Origin: an uncultured virus (IMG/VR IMGVR_UViG_3300025127_000014)
Lineage: Duplodnaviria; Heunggongvirae; Uroviricota; Caudoviricetes
Direction: 5' to 3' (one strand)
Length of the DNA: 64,000 nt
IMG/VR virus record: IMGVR_UViG_3300025127_000014
Shown here: positions 63,389 to 64,000 of the stretch, one piece after another
Layout: every line of letters begins with the position of its first letter
Numbering within the stretch: the first letter of the stretch is position 1
The notes under the pieces: model-generated
Seen by the model: the letters and a program-made list of their open reading frames with translations, nothing else
What the model was told of the DNA's origin: nothing
Databases searched by the model: none
Program-made: the position numbers and the translations under genes

Positions 63389-64000
63389 ATGTCAATCAAT
63401 ATGGAACTAATGAGGCAAAAACTTGCTTCCCTTCGTGGTGAAGGAAATGGTGATAGAGGGCCGTCTGTCTGGTTCAAGCCAGATGAAGGCGATCAAGATA
63501 TTCGGATCGTACCAACTGCTGATGGCGATCCGTTGAAGGAGATGTTCTTCCACTATAATGTGGGTGATCATAAGGGTGGTGTGCTTTGCCCCAAGCGCAA
63601 CTTCGGTGAGCGCTGCCCTGTATGCGATTTCGCGTCATCTTTGTGGCGCGAGGGCACTGAGAATAACGATGAGGAAAGCAAGAAGCTGGCAAAGTCACTT
63701 TTTGTTCGTCAACGTTACTTCTCTCCGGTTGTGGTACGCGGCCGTGAGGACGAAGGTGTTAAGGTCTATGGTTACGGAAAGACCGCGTATGAGTTGCTTT
63801 TGGGCTATATTTTAGATCCAGAGTACGGTGATATCACAGATTCTGTTGAAGGAACAGATATTACATTAACTTATACGAAACCCACACGTCCCGGTGCGTA
63901 TCCTCAAACCAACTTAAAGATGCGTCGGAACACTAGCCCCCTCCTAAGTGATCCCGATGCAATCCCCGGGCTTCTTCAAAATATGCCCGATTTTGACACT
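63389..64000 (+). CDS. Single-stranded DNA-binding protein (T4 gp32-like), 3'-truncated; not in ORF track
   Basis: AGGAG RBS; WFKP...IRIVP...FHYN...CPKRNFGERCPVC...RYFSPVVVRG...GVKVYGYGK...DPEYGDITD..EGTDI; frame open to the window end. Confidence 0.85.
   Translation, partial: MSINMELMRQKLASLRGEGNGDRGPSVWFKPDEGDQDIRIVPTADGDPLKEMFFHYNVGDHKGGVLCPKRNFGERCPVCDFASSLWREGTENNDEESKKLAKSLFVRQRYFSPVVVRGREDEGVKVYGYGKTAYELLLGYILDPEYGDITDSVEGTDITLTYTKPTRPGAYPQTNLKMRRNTSPLLSDPDAIPGLLQNMPDFDT

Larger units (their letters stand above)
1..64000 (+). other. Segment of a large T4-like myovirus (probable jumbo phage) genome
   Basis: Terminase, portal, prohead protease, major capsid, neck, sheath, tube and tape measure in a T4-like set, plus primase, SbcCD fusion and SSB. 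Dense single-strand coding; no host housekeeping operons or integrase seen. Confidence 0.95.

Noticed and set aside
381..63698. Minus-strand and short alternative-frame ORFs in the track (e.g. 30122..30784, 54358..55122, 38915..39346)
   Set aside because: They are shadows of well-supported + strand genes, with no recognisable motifs.
1..64000. Stop-codon reassignment
   Set aside because: Genes tile densely under the standard code and end in TAA, TAG and TGA.
1..64000. tRNA, rRNA, CRISPR array, introns or inteins
   Set aside because: Intergenic gaps are short and show no cloverleaf or repeat-spacer pattern; terminase and primase are uninterrupted. A covariance search was not possible.

Overview
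This window is a 64 kb segment of a large, AT-rich, tailed bacteriophage genome, a distant T4-like myovirus that is probably a jumbo phage. Essentially all genes are on the + strand in the standard code. It holds a nearly complete morphogenesis region: terminase, portal, prohead protease, scaffold, major capsid, neck proteins, two tandem tail sheaths, tube, tail chaperone, tape measure and baseplate proteins. Replication/recombination and auxiliary genes are interleaved: RuvC-like nuclease, primase, an Mre11-Rad50 (SbcD-SbcC) fusion, a minimal family-A DNA polymerase, a gp32-like SSB, an FKBP PPIase, ribosomal protein bS21 and two FtsZ/tubulin-family genes. Patterns seen by eye beyond the gene list: (1) about ten unrelated proteins share short leader/trailer motifs resembling capsid-targeting, protease-cleaved tags; (2) an [S/T]-[G/A]-S tripeptide is concentrated in surface-exposed virion proteins, a candidate modification sequon; (3) ACTATTTA boxes precede virion genes while TTGAC-N17 promoters precede non-virion genes; (4) a U7 slippery site links the two ORFs upstream of the tape measure; (5) CCWGG appears to be avoided. 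All product calls come from motif recognition and gene order, not database searches. No tRNA, rRNA or CRISPR array was seen.
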